From positions 124,001-188,000 of IMG/VR virus record IMGVR_UViG_3300042453_005404: a DNA stretch of 64,000 nucleotides; one strand, given 5' to 3'. Shown here one piece after another: positions 34,616 through 44,040 of this stretch; position 1 is the first letter of the stretch; every line of letters begins with the position of its first letter. The notes under the pieces were generated by a model. It made no database searches. It was not told the DNA's origin and saw nothing but the letters and a program-made list of their open reading frames with translations. A program made the position numbers and the translations under genes.

Positions 34616-35845
34616 TCACTTCTTTTCGGACTTAGCTAGTTTAGCTAGTTTTTCGAACAGTTTAGTAACAATGATTATGTCGATGTGGCTGCGGTCATAG
34701 CTGTATGGAACGTAGCTTTGTTCTGGTTCAAGAGGCTTGTGTTTTTTTAGCTCACGATCTTCACGGGGGAAAGGATAAGCTTTCATGATTTGACCCATGC
34801 CATTGCCATATGTTTCATCTGGCATTTTCTTGTCAAGATCTTTTGGAACGTAGTCTTCTAACTCACGTTTGGTTTCTTTTTTTGCCATTGTTTTAGGTTC
34901 CTTTGCTTCTCCCAATGAATAACCGGGATTGCCTTTCTTATAGATATTCACGTTGCCGGGAACGTGCTTAACAGGATGAGCAACAACTCCTTGACTGCCA
35001 GCATGAATCGGTACATCATCATCTGAATCCAAATCTTTTACATAATCTTGTTGACCAAACTCTTTTTTAATCCAATCAACAGGTTTAACAAGGTGATTAA
35101 ACACTTCATCTCTATTGGTATGTCCTTTATCAACTTGTGTTGTTTCTTTCCAACGATTAAGTGTTTGATTACGTTTTTTTGTAAGGTTTAACTCATTACC
35201 TTCGGGTTCTGTTGGACTATACATGCTGGCTTGTACACCAATGTCTCCCGGTTCAAGTGTTAGCATTCCTTCGCCGGGAGTGTTAACAGGTCCATGTCCA
35301 AAGGGTATACCACGCTCGCCTTCTCTTGGGGAAGGAAGAAGATGTGGAATATTGTAACGTTCTTCTTCGGGTTCTTCTCGGTCTAAATCTTCATCTTCTG
35401 GGACATGTTCAACAGGATCAGACAAAGTATTCATCGCCGGGAATCCCGGCATGTCACGATAGAGAATCGCTGCCGCATCACGTTCGTTTACGAAGTCTTG
35501 ATATTCTGGGTTATAAAAGTACGAAGGTTCAAGGTCTTTTTCTCGATCCAAGATTTCGTCTCTAACAGTATCCTCTCCGGGCAATAAATGAGGACGGCTA
35601 TCGTAAACTTCAGAACTTTCAAGGGATTCATATTCGCTATCTTTTGGATCACGTTGAGCATCTATAGCAGGTCTAAAAGAAGGGTTTGGAGGTAAGTCTG
35701 CATCTGGGTCTTGTAATCCCGGCCATACTTGTGAGTTGGCTAGTTGATATCGATTACCGAAACCGTAAGGGCCACCTTGAAACGTTCCTGCTCCAGAAAA
35801 ATCTCCAGTGTTTTCATTTGCAAAAAGTATGTTTTTAAGCTTCAT
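34616..35845 (-). CDS. tagged acidic Pro-rich, probably disordered protein
   Basis: MKLKNILFANE. Confidence 0.7.
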   Translation of the reverse strand: MKLKNILFANENTGDFSGAGTFQGGPYGFGNRYQLANSQVWPGLQDPDADLPPNPSFRPAIDAQRDPKDSEYESLESSEVYDSRPHLLPGEDTVRDEILDREKDLEPSYFYNPEYQDFVNERDAAAILYRDMPGFPAMNTLSDPVEHVPEDEDLDREEPEEERYNIPHLLPSPREGERGIPFGHGPVNTPGEGMLTLEPGDIGVQASMYSPTEPEGNELNLTKKRNQTLNRWKETTQVDKGHTNRDEVFNHLVKPVDWIKKEFGQQDYVKDLDSDDDVPIHAGSQGVVAHPVKHVPGNVNIYKKGNPGYSLGEAKEPKTMAKKETKRELEDYVPKDLDKKMPDETYGNGMGQIMKAYPFPREDRELKKHKPLEPEQSYVPYSYDRSHIDIIIVTKLFEKLAKLAKSEKK

Positions 35846-35859
35846 TTGTGAATAAGTAG

Positions 35860-36114
35860 CTACTTGAGCCTAACAAACTTATACTTGCGCAATATCTTGC
35901 TGAAATAACTTCCAGCAGAAGGTGCAGATATTAGTTCTTCATAAGTGGTTGAATCTACACCAGAATATTCATACTCGGTACCGTTGTGGAAGATAACCAA
36001 TAGAAGAGAGAGAACAGTATCATATTTGCAATATGCTAGTGTTTTACTTTGTTTGAATGTGTGAGAAAGATATCTGTTGTTACCGATAAAAGCTTTTGAT
36101 TCAAGTGTTTCCAT
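35860..36114 (-). CDS. KTSC domain protein
   Basis: S..L....YD...L.VIFHNG..YEY.GV...YEELI.APSAGSYF. Confidence 0.85.
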   Translation of the reverse strand: METLESKAFIGNNRYLSHTFKQSKTLAYCKYDTVLSLLLVIFHNGTEYEYSGVDSTTYEELISAPSAGSYFSKILRKYKFVRLK

Positions 36115-36166
36115 ATTAGTATATAGTTAGCCTTAGCTACGTAGAAAACAAGGAGCTTATATATCA

Positions 36167-36502
36167 ATGCGTATTGGTTCTTTATGTCATATCAAAAGCA
36201 AGAAAAATGCGTTGCAAACATTTGTTGTTGTATATCCAGATATTGATTTTGTGCTTGAACAAAGAAATAAAAAGAATAGTTGGTTGCCTTGCATACTAAC
36301 AAGTTCACTTTGCAAACCCCCTCAATCATCATCAAAACTTAAATCAACAAACGAATCATTTGTGTTGTTAAACAAAATGCAAGACGAGCATGGCAGTTTT
36401 TACTATCAATGCTTATATAGTGATATGTTCGGTTGGATTATTGGTAGTAAAAAACTGTTTGATATCATTGAAGAGGATAACCAAAGATTATGTCAAGTGT
36501 AA
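36167..36502 (+). CDS. SH3-like paralog family member (distant)
   Basis: MRIGSL...FVLL...CLY...GWI; AAGGAG RBS. Confidence 0.55.
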   Translation: MRIGSLCHIKSKKNALQTFVVVYPDIDFVLEQRNKKNSWLPCILTSSLCKPPQSSSKLKSTNESFVLLNKMQDEHGSFYYQCLYSDMFGWIIGSKKLFDIIEEDNQRLCQV

Positions 36503-36660
36503 GAACGCTTTCTAGATTGATTGATAGATTAGAAGAGTTTATGGATGAATATAAAACGCTTTTGGAAGCTGATGAAATGGCAACCGTGGACGATGTTGTA
36601 TCAATCGTTGATAAAGTTCGAACTGAACTTGAGTCAGAAGATGAATCCAGCGACGACTAA
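36490..36660 (+). CDS. 56-aa acidic helical protein (missed by ORF track)
   Basis: MSSVRTLSRLIDRLEEF...ESSDD*. Confidence 0.5.
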   Translation: MSSVRTLSRLIDRLEEFMDEYKTLLEADEMATVDDVVSIVDKVRTELESEDESSDD

Positions 36661-37331
36661 CGCTTGCTTTTTAAAACCGTAAACGTTCGACTTGTGTTTA
36701 AACGAACTTGATGACCGGTACTACCGTTCAACATCGTTATTTTCTTTCTTGTCCAGCTACATGTTATCCAAAACTTGTTGCGTTTCAATGTTTTGATTTT
36801 GGTTACTAGTGCTTGCGTTTTCTTAAACACCAACATATCTCCAACTCCAACACTTTCATACGCTTCAACTATCTCGGCATCAATCAAATGCTTTGGATGG
36901 TAAAACCATTGTATTGTTGATATGTTGGTTGCTTGCCACGATTCTCCCAAAGTTTTTGTTGCAAGATCGTAGCTATGATATATCGCTACGCCAACAGCTC
37001 TTATACTGTAACGTCTTTTGCTTGCGATAATCTTTTTTGCTTGTTCGGCGTTGTATACAAATTGATATCTGCCTTGATGAAAAATAACAAATGAGTTAAC
37101 TGCTGCAATATACGTGTTGATATCAAGTTCATTAAACAAACTGTTGATTGATACACCGTAAGTGCTTTCAATCGTATCACGTTTATAAGATTTGGAGTTG
37201 GCATTGAGAACAATAACCTTTTTCCACCAATCTCCTGCATCAACATCTTTATTGCAAAGCAAAAAAGCTTCAACAAGTACTTTTGGTTTAACTAATTTTC
37301 CAAAGTCTTCCAAAGTAATCTTGTTGCTCAT
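36657..37331 (-). CDS. hypothetical protein
   Basis: ATG at 37331 (MSNKITLE); the track's start falls inside a terminator. Confidence 0.6.
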   Translation of the reverse strand: MSNKITLEDFGKLVKPKVLVEAFLLCNKDVDAGDWWKKVIVLNANSKSYKRDTIESTYGVSINSLFNELDINTYIAAVNSFVIFHQGRYQFVYNAEQAKKIIASKRRYSIRAVGVAIYHSYDLATKTLGESWQATNISTIQWFYHPKHLIDAEIVEAYESVGVGDMLVFKKTQALVTKIKTLKRNKFWITCSWTRKKITMLNGSTGHQVRLNTSRTFTVLKSKR

Positions 37332-37357
37332 GAACTTAAATAGGTTGTAACAAAAAC

Positions 37358-37389
37358 AAAAAGGCAAGCTATTTTAGTAGCTTGCCTTT
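37358..37389 (-). terminator. rho-independent terminator
   Basis: AAAGGCAAGCTA-TTTTAG-TAGCTTGCCTTT with an A-run on the plus strand. Confidence 0.75.
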
Positions 37390-37419
37390 CTATCGCTATA
37401 TTTTAGATTGTTTAGCTAA

Positions 37420-37704
37420 TCATTCACTATCACGTTCGGCGTAAAACTTTGAAAGTGTTTCGTAAAGCTTACGAGCTTGTGTACCATTGAGTGTGAAGCA
37501 AGCAGTACGACGTGAACGAGTCTTTGACCGTGAGATTGGAACGATTACTTCCATTGTCATGGCTTTCTTGCTTGCTGGTTGCTCAACACTTACACCAATC
37601 TCAGTTGATTTGGTTGGAGTAAAACGAAGAGCGTTGCGTGGGTTTGAACCGGTACCGATGCGAGCAAGTGAATCGTATGAGGTGTTGGTTGTTTCGTATG
37701 ACAT
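37420..37704 (-). CDS. hypothetical protein
   Basis: ORF with its own TTTAGA-type promoter and terminator. Confidence 0.7.
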   Translation of the reverse strand: MSYETTNTSYDSLARIGTGSNPRNALRFTPTKSTEIGVSVEQPASKKAMTMEVIVPISRSKTRSRRTACFTLNGTQARKLYETLSKFYAERDSE

Positions 37705-37811
37705 AATGTTTCTACCTTTCAGTTTTTAGCTACGGGGTTGTTTTGTTGCCGCAGCGCCTTTCGGTAGACTTAGAATCTCATACTAAAAACAAAGTCTAAA
37801 CGTATTTCTTT

Positions 37812-37994
37812 TCAGTTCATATCATCGTATTCGTCGCTATCATCATATTCATTAATTTCTTGATTGGTTTCTTCTAACTCCGAGCTTGAAGAAACTGGTT
37901 GCATTCTTAGATATTGAGACTTGTTGAATGTCTCTCGCTTGTACGGATCATTGCGTGGACGAAGACGTTTTTCTTTTTGATGACGAGAACTCAT
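37812..37994 (-). CDS. small basic/acidic protein
   Basis: MSSRHQKEKRLR...EYDDMN. Confidence 0.5.
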   Translation of the reverse strand: MSSRHQKEKRLRPRNDPYKRETFNKSQYLRMQPVSSSSELEETNQEINEYDDSDEYDDMN

Positions 37995-37998
37995 TGTA

Positions 37999-38433
37999 TT
38001 ACCTAGACTTTTTTCTTTCTTTGAATGAATGAGATGAAACCAAAGAAACCTCTTCAACTGGTTGAACAGGTTCCTCTGGAACTGAAACAACAGGTTCTTC
38101 AACCGTGAAGACTTCTTGTTGTTCAACAACTGGTTCTTCTGGGGGTGGTGACACAACCACCGGCTCCGAAATGATTGCAATCGTTTGAACTGCAACTTCG
38201 GGTGCTTCAACAACAACCACAGATGGCACAAAAACAGGCTTTAAAAGCTCGAAAACAAAGTTTTGGAACTCTGAGCTTATGTTCCATTTGTTTGAGCTTA
38301 TAAGGCTTTTAAAAGCTTCTGGAGATGTGATTTGATTTGCTGTCAACCATTTGTTTAATGGGTAACGTTTGCGAACCAGAAAGCTTTCTAAATCTGGAAG
38401 ATTATGGTTTTCAGTTATTTTGCCGCCGGGCAT
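37999..38433 (-). CDS. hypothetical protein with Glu/Pro/Val-rich tail
   Basis: ORF in the sigma operon. Confidence 0.65.
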   Translation of the reverse strand: MPGGKITENHNLPDLESFLVRKRYPLNKWLTANQITSPEAFKSLISSNKWNISSEFQNFVFELLKPVFVPSVVVVEAPEVAVQTIAIISEPVVVSPPPEEPVVEQQEVFTVEEPVVSVPEEPVQPVEEVSLVSSHSFKERKKSR

Positions 38434-38696
38434 GATGTTGATTCCTCTGTTATGCAAAGAGGAAGAATATCTCCTAAAACTTCATGAATGTCTTGTCGCA
38501 TTACCAACGTATCACATTCTTCATCAGTAAGAGGCTTACCAAGTGATTCCGACATATTCATTATAAACTTACGCATCCCAGATAACAATATGTTTCTTGC
38601 CGTTGCATGATTCATTTTGTATCCTACTGCCGTCATCTTGGTTGCTATAGTGCGATAGTCTTCGCCTTCTTCGATAGTTATATACTTCTGATTCAT
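38415..38696 (-). CDS. sigma region 4.2-like HTH protein
   Basis: GEDYRTIATKM...MNHATARNILLSGMRKF; ATGA-coupled to the sigma gene. Confidence 0.55.
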   Translation of the reverse strand: MNQKYITIEEGEDYRTIATKMTAVGYKMNHATARNILLSGMRKFIMNMSESLGKPLTDEECDTLVMRQDIHEVLGDILPLCITEESTSCPAAK

Positions 38697-39421
38697 TTAT
38701 CACCTTCCTTTGACAAAATTTCTCCGCAATCAACTCCATAACGTTCCAACAATACACATTTTTCCCTTAAGTTCAATTTGAGAAAAGCTTGCTTTGCTGC
38801 CGTTAAAATACGCTTGTTGTCAACGCTTACCGACATGTCAACATTGTTGCTCGGTATAACGTCTTTCAGCGTTTTATCCATGCTGGAACTTAGTTGCTCG
38901 TCAATCGATTGACAAAACCATGATTTAGTCTTGACAGCAGCCGTGACCGAAGCAAACATCTTTTCTGTCATGCCAAGCTCATCAAGCATGTCTTTGCCAA
39001 TATCCTTAAACGCTGTTGAACGTTCTTTGGCAAGATTAAACAACTTGTTGCGTGCTGTGCGAATATGAGATGGAATATGCAGCATTGGCTCTTGATCTAA
39101 AAGATAAGAGTTTACACTCTGTCGAATCCACCATGTAGCATATGTGCTGAACTTAAATCCTAGTTCTGGTTTAAATCCATCAATCGCATCAAACAATCCA
39201 AGATGACCTTCTTGAAGCAAGTCACTACGTAGCTCTTTGTGCTTTTGCTTTTTGCTGTAAAACTTGTTGATAACAAACGTTACAAGTTTAGCATTTCGTT
39301 GCGCAAGATCGTTGCGTAGAGTTATGTCTGCTTTTACTATCTTTCCATTTTCATCCAAAATCTTGGTTGTTTGATACTTTTTGAATAGTTCTAGGTCTTC
39401 TTCGTTTGCTTTAGGTGTCAT
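38693..39421 (-). CDS. sigma70-family RNA polymerase sigma factor (lacks region 4.2)
   Basis: NxKLV, DLLQEGHLGLFDAIDGF, GFKFSTYATWWIRQ, IPSH, LNLREKCVLLERYG then stop. Confidence 0.88.
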   Translation of the reverse strand: MTPKANEEDLELFKKYQTTKILDENGKIVKADITLRNDLAQRNAKLVTFVINKFYSKKQKHKELRSDLLQEGHLGLFDAIDGFKPELGFKFSTYATWWIRQSVNSYLLDQEPMLHIPSHIRTARNKLFNLAKERSTAFKDIGKDMLDELGMTEKMFASVTAAVKTKSWFCQSIDEQLSSSMDKTLKDVIPSNNVDMSVSVDNKRILTAAKQAFLKLNLREKCVLLERYGVDCGEILSKEGDK

Positions 39422-39846
39422 TGGTTTGTCCTTTTCTTTGATGCTATCGAATCCACATATGTTTTCAAACATTTTGATTTCAAAACTTGATAAGTCTTGT
39501 CGATTGGAATGTCAAGTCGCTCGGCAATATCTTCTCCTATGTGCCATGCCACAACTTCTTCTTCAAGAGTTAGCATTTTCTTTGAAAGGTTGCGAGGAAC
39601 ATGTTCGGCATTAAGACATGCAAACTTCTTTGCAAGTTTCGGGCTTTTTATAACCTTATGATGGCCCAGTTCGTGCAGCAAAATATATGCTTGGCTTTTT
39701 GGTGTGCGTCTTTTGTTGATTTCAATCGTTTGATTGTCAACATCGTATGCATCGTCACATCCACGCACAAACATAACGTTAACATTTTGGTTGCGTGAAT
39801 ATTCAACAAGATTTTGTAAATGGGTATGCCAGTTAGTATCACTCAT
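39418..39846 (-). CDS. IrrE/ImmA-like HExxH metallopeptidase
   Basis: ILLHELGHH...EEEVVAWxxG; ATGA-coupled to the sigma gene. Confidence 0.65.
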   Translation of the reverse strand: MSDTNWHTHLQNLVEYSRNQNVNVMFVRGCDDAYDVDNQTIEINKRRTPKSQAYILLHELGHHKVIKSPKLAKKFACLNAEHVPRNLSKKMLTLEEEVVAWHIGEDIAERLDIPIDKTYQVLKSKCLKTYVDSIASKKRTNQ

Positions 39847-39956
39847 ACCTACTATACTGTCACATCACATTTCAAAAGTCAAAATTTATCGAAATACAAC
39901 GCTTAAAACCTGACTATATATGTATTGATAACCAGAATTCATAAAAGGTAATCTTT

Positions 39957-41531
39957 ATGGCTAAAATTACTCTCAATCTTAATCCAAAAAACGATCAACT
40001 TGTTCCTGTTGAAGCTTTGGTAGGCTGGTCAAATATGTATTTGGATACAAGGGCAGAAGAAAAATCATGGATGGATGTTTTTAAAAAAAATAAGCAAAAA
40101 ACAGAAAAAATTGGTGAAATCAATAACGTTATTCTGAATCTTAAAGGTAAAGGTGGCAGAGCTTGGTTTCAAAAAGTCTTTTTACAACCTTTTGGTGGCA
40201 CAGCCACAAAAGAAGCAAAAGAAATATTTGATGAATTAGCCAAAAATGATGCCTTTAAAGATCTTGAAGAAGAAACAGCAAAGTATAATGAAAAGATTAG
40301 ACCAAAAATAAATGCAGCTGCACAAGCTGCACAAGCTTTAACAAATGTAATTTCAAACGATACAAACGGTTTATCGCTACTAATAGGAAATTTTAGTAGA
40401 GCGTTCATGGCTGGACCGGGTAAAACAACAACAGCACCACCAGCACCAAGTTTAGAAAAAGTAAAAAACGCTTTAAAAGCAAATCCTACATTGATGGGTG
40501 CTTTAGCAATAACAGACCCTGATCAAATTGATCCCATGACATGGGAAGGAGAGGATGGACTAAGAAATAGAATTATTTATGGGTTAAAATCAGAGATTTT
40601 CAAGACTATAACTCAGCAATTCCTAAAAGCAAATGGAATCACAGTCACAGATCCGAAAAACCCTGAAACATTATTAGCAAGTCTTGCTGAATCTAAGATT
40701 AGAAGTCTAAAGCTACAAAAGAAACTTTATAAGCTTGGCTTTGTTACAGAGAATGAACATCTTGCAAAGCTTGTAGAAATTAGAAATATTCTAAAAGAAC
40801 AAGCAGCATCATCACCGGAAATAGAATCTATAAAAGCAGCAATTAGTAGTATAATAGGTGTAAAGGGTGATGGTACTGATGGAGCTTTGGCTGTATTGTT
40901 AAAAACTTCTTCCGAGTTACAACAAGGTTTAAATGAATATTCAAAAGGCATAATAACAGAACGCAAACTAACGTTCAAAGAGCAACAACTTGCAAAACTT
41001 CATATTAAAAAAGCTATTGTAAAAGAATATATAGAAACTGGTAAACTGCCAGAAAAACAAAACTTGAATGAATTTTTCTTTTTGGGTGCGTTACTTGGTG
41101 CAGCACTAGCTGCCGTGGCTGCATGGGCAATAGGAAAACTTAAAACTCATTATGTTGGTGCAGTAACTGGGGCAGCTCCGAGATATGCATTATCTGAAAT
41201 GCCACAAAATACAACCACGCAACTTATTCAATCTATGAATTCTGGGTTAAATGCGAATGGAGAACTTGTAGATGTTTCTGGTAAAAAAGTTGCAGACTTC
41301 AAAAATCAAATAAACGAATTTCAAAAAGCTTTAACTACTCCAGTAGCAAACATTAAAGCAGCTTATTCCGATATCACGAATGCTTTTAATGCGCTTAAAT
41401 CCGCCGCAGCGAGCCCGGTAGATCCAAGTACTCAAACTGCTTTTGATGCTTTGAAGCCGTTTGCATCAAGTCCACGAGATGAAGTGAACGCATTGAACTA
41501 TGTGCTTCAAGCATTGTCAGATATCATCTAA
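39957..41531 (+). CDS. Ala-rich putative virion internal protein with hydrophobic segment
   Basis: many (L/I)xE sites; LNE-FFFLGALLGAALAAVAAW. Confidence 0.55.
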   Translation: MAKITLNLNPKNDQLVPVEALVGWSNMYLDTRAEEKSWMDVFKKNKQKTEKIGEINNVILNLKGKGGRAWFQKVFLQPFGGTATKEAKEIFDELAKNDAFKDLEEETAKYNEKIRPKINAAAQAAQALTNVISNDTNGLSLLIGNFSRAFMAGPGKTTTAPPAPSLEKVKNALKANPTLMGALAITDPDQIDPMTWEGEDGLRNRIIYGLKSEIFKTITQQFLKANGITVTDPKNPETLLASLAESKIRSLKLQKKLYKLGFVTENEHLAKLVEIRNILKEQAASSPEIESIKAAISSIIGVKGDGTDGALAVLLKTSSELQQGLNEYSKGIITERKLTFKEQQLAKLHIKKAIVKEYIETGKLPEKQNLNEFFFLGALLGAALAAVAAWAIGKLKTHYVGAVTGAAPRYALSEMPQNTTTQLIQSMNSGLNANGELVDVSGKKVADFKNQINEFQKALTTPVANIKAAYSDITNAFNALKSAAASPVDPSTQTAFDALKPFASSPRDEVNALNYVLQALSDII

Positions 41532-41561
41532 TCAATATATATGCCAGAGGGCACCTTTTGT

Positions 41562-42317
41562 TTAGTCTTTGAACTGAATTCCTCTGCTGGTGACCTCGTA
41601 GGGGAAATAAAGACCTCCGCTGCCAAAGCGATTCTTTTCAACTTGGGCGACTCTATCACCATATGTTTCGCTTCTACGGTCTGTGTCTAGGTGAAGTGAG
41701 ATATGCATATCAACAGCGTGTTTCACTTCTTGTTTACCTGCGAAGGTTCCATCTTTTGTTACTTGACCAATGATGATTGCATTGGTGTAGTTCTTCTTTG
41801 CCCATTCAGCAAGTCTCCAAGCTGATTGAATGGTTTGAGCTTGCTGGGAGTAAACCTTGCCTGTTTTTGAGTCAATCTCATTACACTCAACTGTTTGTAG
41901 TGAGTCAATAAACAAGAATAGTTGTTTGCCGGGGTTCTCTGCACGAATAGAGTCAGCATGTTTTAGGATATCATTTACATCATTATGATATGATGGAATA
42001 AAGCCATGTTTTAGATCCATACGTTTTGCTGTGCGACGTACTTGATAAATGCTTTCTTCACAAGTGTTATAAAGAGCAAGGTTTCCTGTTCTAGTGATAT
42101 TATCTGCTAGTTGAATAGCGAAGGTTGTTTTACCAGAGCCGGGAAGACCTGTTAGAATAGCTACAGTTGATGGAATCATTCCGTCACCGGCACAAAGAGC
42201 ATCAAAGTGTTCCCAGCCGGTTGATACTGCATTTTCTAGTTCTGTTGGAAGGCCAATGTCTAAGATGTTTGTTTTGGTTGTAACTTCTGGGTTACCTACA
42301 TTGATTTTATTTGCCAT
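41562..42317 (-). CDS. RadA/Sms-like ATPase (second copy)
   Basis: GLPGSGKTT, IDSLQT, GQVTKDGTFAGKQEVKHAVD, KNRFG. Confidence 0.85.
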   Translation of the reverse strand: MANKINVGNPEVTTKTNILDIGLPTELENAVSTGWEHFDALCAGDGMIPSTVAILTGLPGSGKTTFAIQLADNITRTGNLALYNTCEESIYQVRRTAKRMDLKHGFIPSYHNDVNDILKHADSIRAENPGKQLFLFIDSLQTVECNEIDSKTGKVYSQQAQTIQSAWRLAEWAKKNYTNAIIIGQVTKDGTFAGKQEVKHAVDMHISLHLDTDRRSETYGDRVAQVEKNRFGSGGLYFPYEVTSRGIQFKD

Positions 42318-42377
42318 GATAATAGTTCTCCTATGTTTTAGTTTAGAGTGGCTTATGAAGGATCTAAAACGTATAGA

Positions 42378-44027
42378 TTAATACAGCCACCAAAACTCTT
42401 TACGAAACTCTACTTCGTTTCTGATTGTGTCAGGATTGACTCCTGCTGGAACGATTTTACCTTGAACTTTTTGTTTAACGTCACGGTAACCTCTGCTCAT
42501 TCCAGCGAGTAAAGCGTTTGATATTGTTTTATTAACTTCTAACGATCCAAGATAACCTTGTTCGTGGGCCATTGGAGTAAAGATTTGTAATCCAATAGCC
42601 ATTGCCATGATAAGATCATCATGACGTTTCTTTAGAGCTTGACCACGCTTACCGTTCCACACAAACGTTTCCATTTGTGAAACAAAGCGTAAAGAGTAGA
42701 TTTTGAGTTGATGATTACGAATAACTTGCTCTAGGTTTTCTAGAATCTTTTCACGGTTATTTGGTTTGATTGTAAATCCCGGTAGCACGTCTTTCTTTTC
42801 GTCGGGAGTCATGCCAATCATTTTTTCTGCAAGATCTGAATCGTAATACAAGTTAGGATATTCAGCATCTCTTAGTTTGATTGCTGTGGCGATACCTACT
42901 GTGTTCTTTTCATTCACAATAAGAGCGTCGTTATATCTTTTACCAATTTCTATAAGCCATTCTCCAAATCTATCTGGAGGAATCTTGCCCATGTATTCAG
43001 CCACAACTTCACTATCATTTATATCGAACACATGAAAGGTTGAATAGTCTTCCGCATCACCTCTTGCAACGTCTGCTGCAATAACATATTTGTGATCGGG
43101 AACAGCTGTTTTCCATATGTGTAAGTCTTGACCTTTGTTGTTGGGTCCAGTGTATCCAATCGGAGTTTGAGACATGTTTCTAACATAATCGATACTGTTT
43201 TGATCAAAAAATGTTGAAGCTGAACCTTCGAAACCGCACAAAAGTTCTTGCGCAATACCTCTTGCATCCATTGGCTTGGCTTGATCTTCAAACCATTGTT
43301 CATCTCTTTCTGGGTGAACATACCAAGGAAGTTTGATGCCGTGGAACTTATTCTTTCCGACACCTTTGCAGTGCAAGCCTACTTTACCTTCTTCATATTC
43401 TCCTGTGTCTGCTCCTGCCCACAACTGGTAGAAGAAGTTTTTGCCGTTAGGAGTTGAGAAGATGATAGCTCTACCACCAGTTGATAGAGTAGGATATAGA
43501 CCAAGCCATAGTTCTTCTAATACATCAACGTGTGCAGCTTCGTCAACAACAAGCAAGCTAAGAGCCTCACCACGACCAGCGTCAGCTGATGTTGGAATAG
43601 CTGCAATCTTTGATCCGTTATTGAACTTGATGTATTTAACAGATTCTGCTTCTGGTTCTTTTAAGTCAAGTATGTTAAGCATCCAAGATGGAAGCATTTT
43701 GAATGTTGTGCGAATCTTTTGAATCATGTTTTTGCTGGATTCCAGCTTTGTTGCCATGATCATGATGTTCGCATCTTGACGAAACATTGCCATCCAAAGA
43801 CAATAAGCAGAGGTTGTTGTTGACAAACCCAATTGACGAGACTTTAGAACGATATTGAACTTATAGTCCAAGAAGCCTTGAATGCATTCTTCTTGGAATG
43901 GATATAGTTCGAACGGAAGTCTACCTTTTACTGGATGTTGAATATACAAATATTTTTTAATGAAGTAGCAAGGATCTTGCCCACACTTCATTATTTCATC
44001 AACTTGTTCTTTTTTTGTTAATGCCAT
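42378..44027 (-). CDS. terL: terminase large subunit (T4 gp17-like)
   Basis: DPxYF, LYPFQ, KSRQLGLST, VVDEAA, STPNG, ADVARG..DYS, HDDLIMA. Confidence 0.95.
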   Translation of the reverse strand: MALTKKEQVDEIMKCGQDPCYFIKKYLYIQHPVKGRLPFELYPFQEECIQGFLDYKFNIVLKSRQLGLSTTTSAYCLWMAMFRQDANIMIMATKLESSKNMIQKIRTTFKMLPSWMLNILDLKEPEAESVKYIKFNNGSKIAAIPTSADAGRGEALSLLVVDEAAHVDVLEELWLGLYPTLSTGGRAIIFSTPNGKNFFYQLWAGADTGEYEEGKVGLHCKGVGKNKFHGIKLPWYVHPERDEQWFEDQAKPMDARGIAQELLCGFEGSASTFFDQNSIDYVRNMSQTPIGYTGPNNKGQDLHIWKTAVPDHKYVIAADVARGDAEDYSTFHVFDINDSEVVAEYMGKIPPDRFGEWLIEIGKRYNDALIVNEKNTVGIATAIKLRDAEYPNLYYDSDLAEKMIGMTPDEKKDVLPGFTIKPNNREKILENLEQVIRNHQLKIYSLRFVSQMETFVWNGKRGQALKKRHDDLIMAMAIGLQIFTPMAHEQGYLGSLEVNKTISNALLAGMSRGYRDVKQKVQGKIVPAGVNPDTIRNEVEFRKEFWWLY

Positions 44028-44040
44028 TTACACAGAAATA

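Noticed and set aside
23080-44027. Inteins or introns in dnaE and terL
   Set aside because: Both ORFs are continuous and of normal length, with no intein end motifs or homing endonuclease signatures seen.
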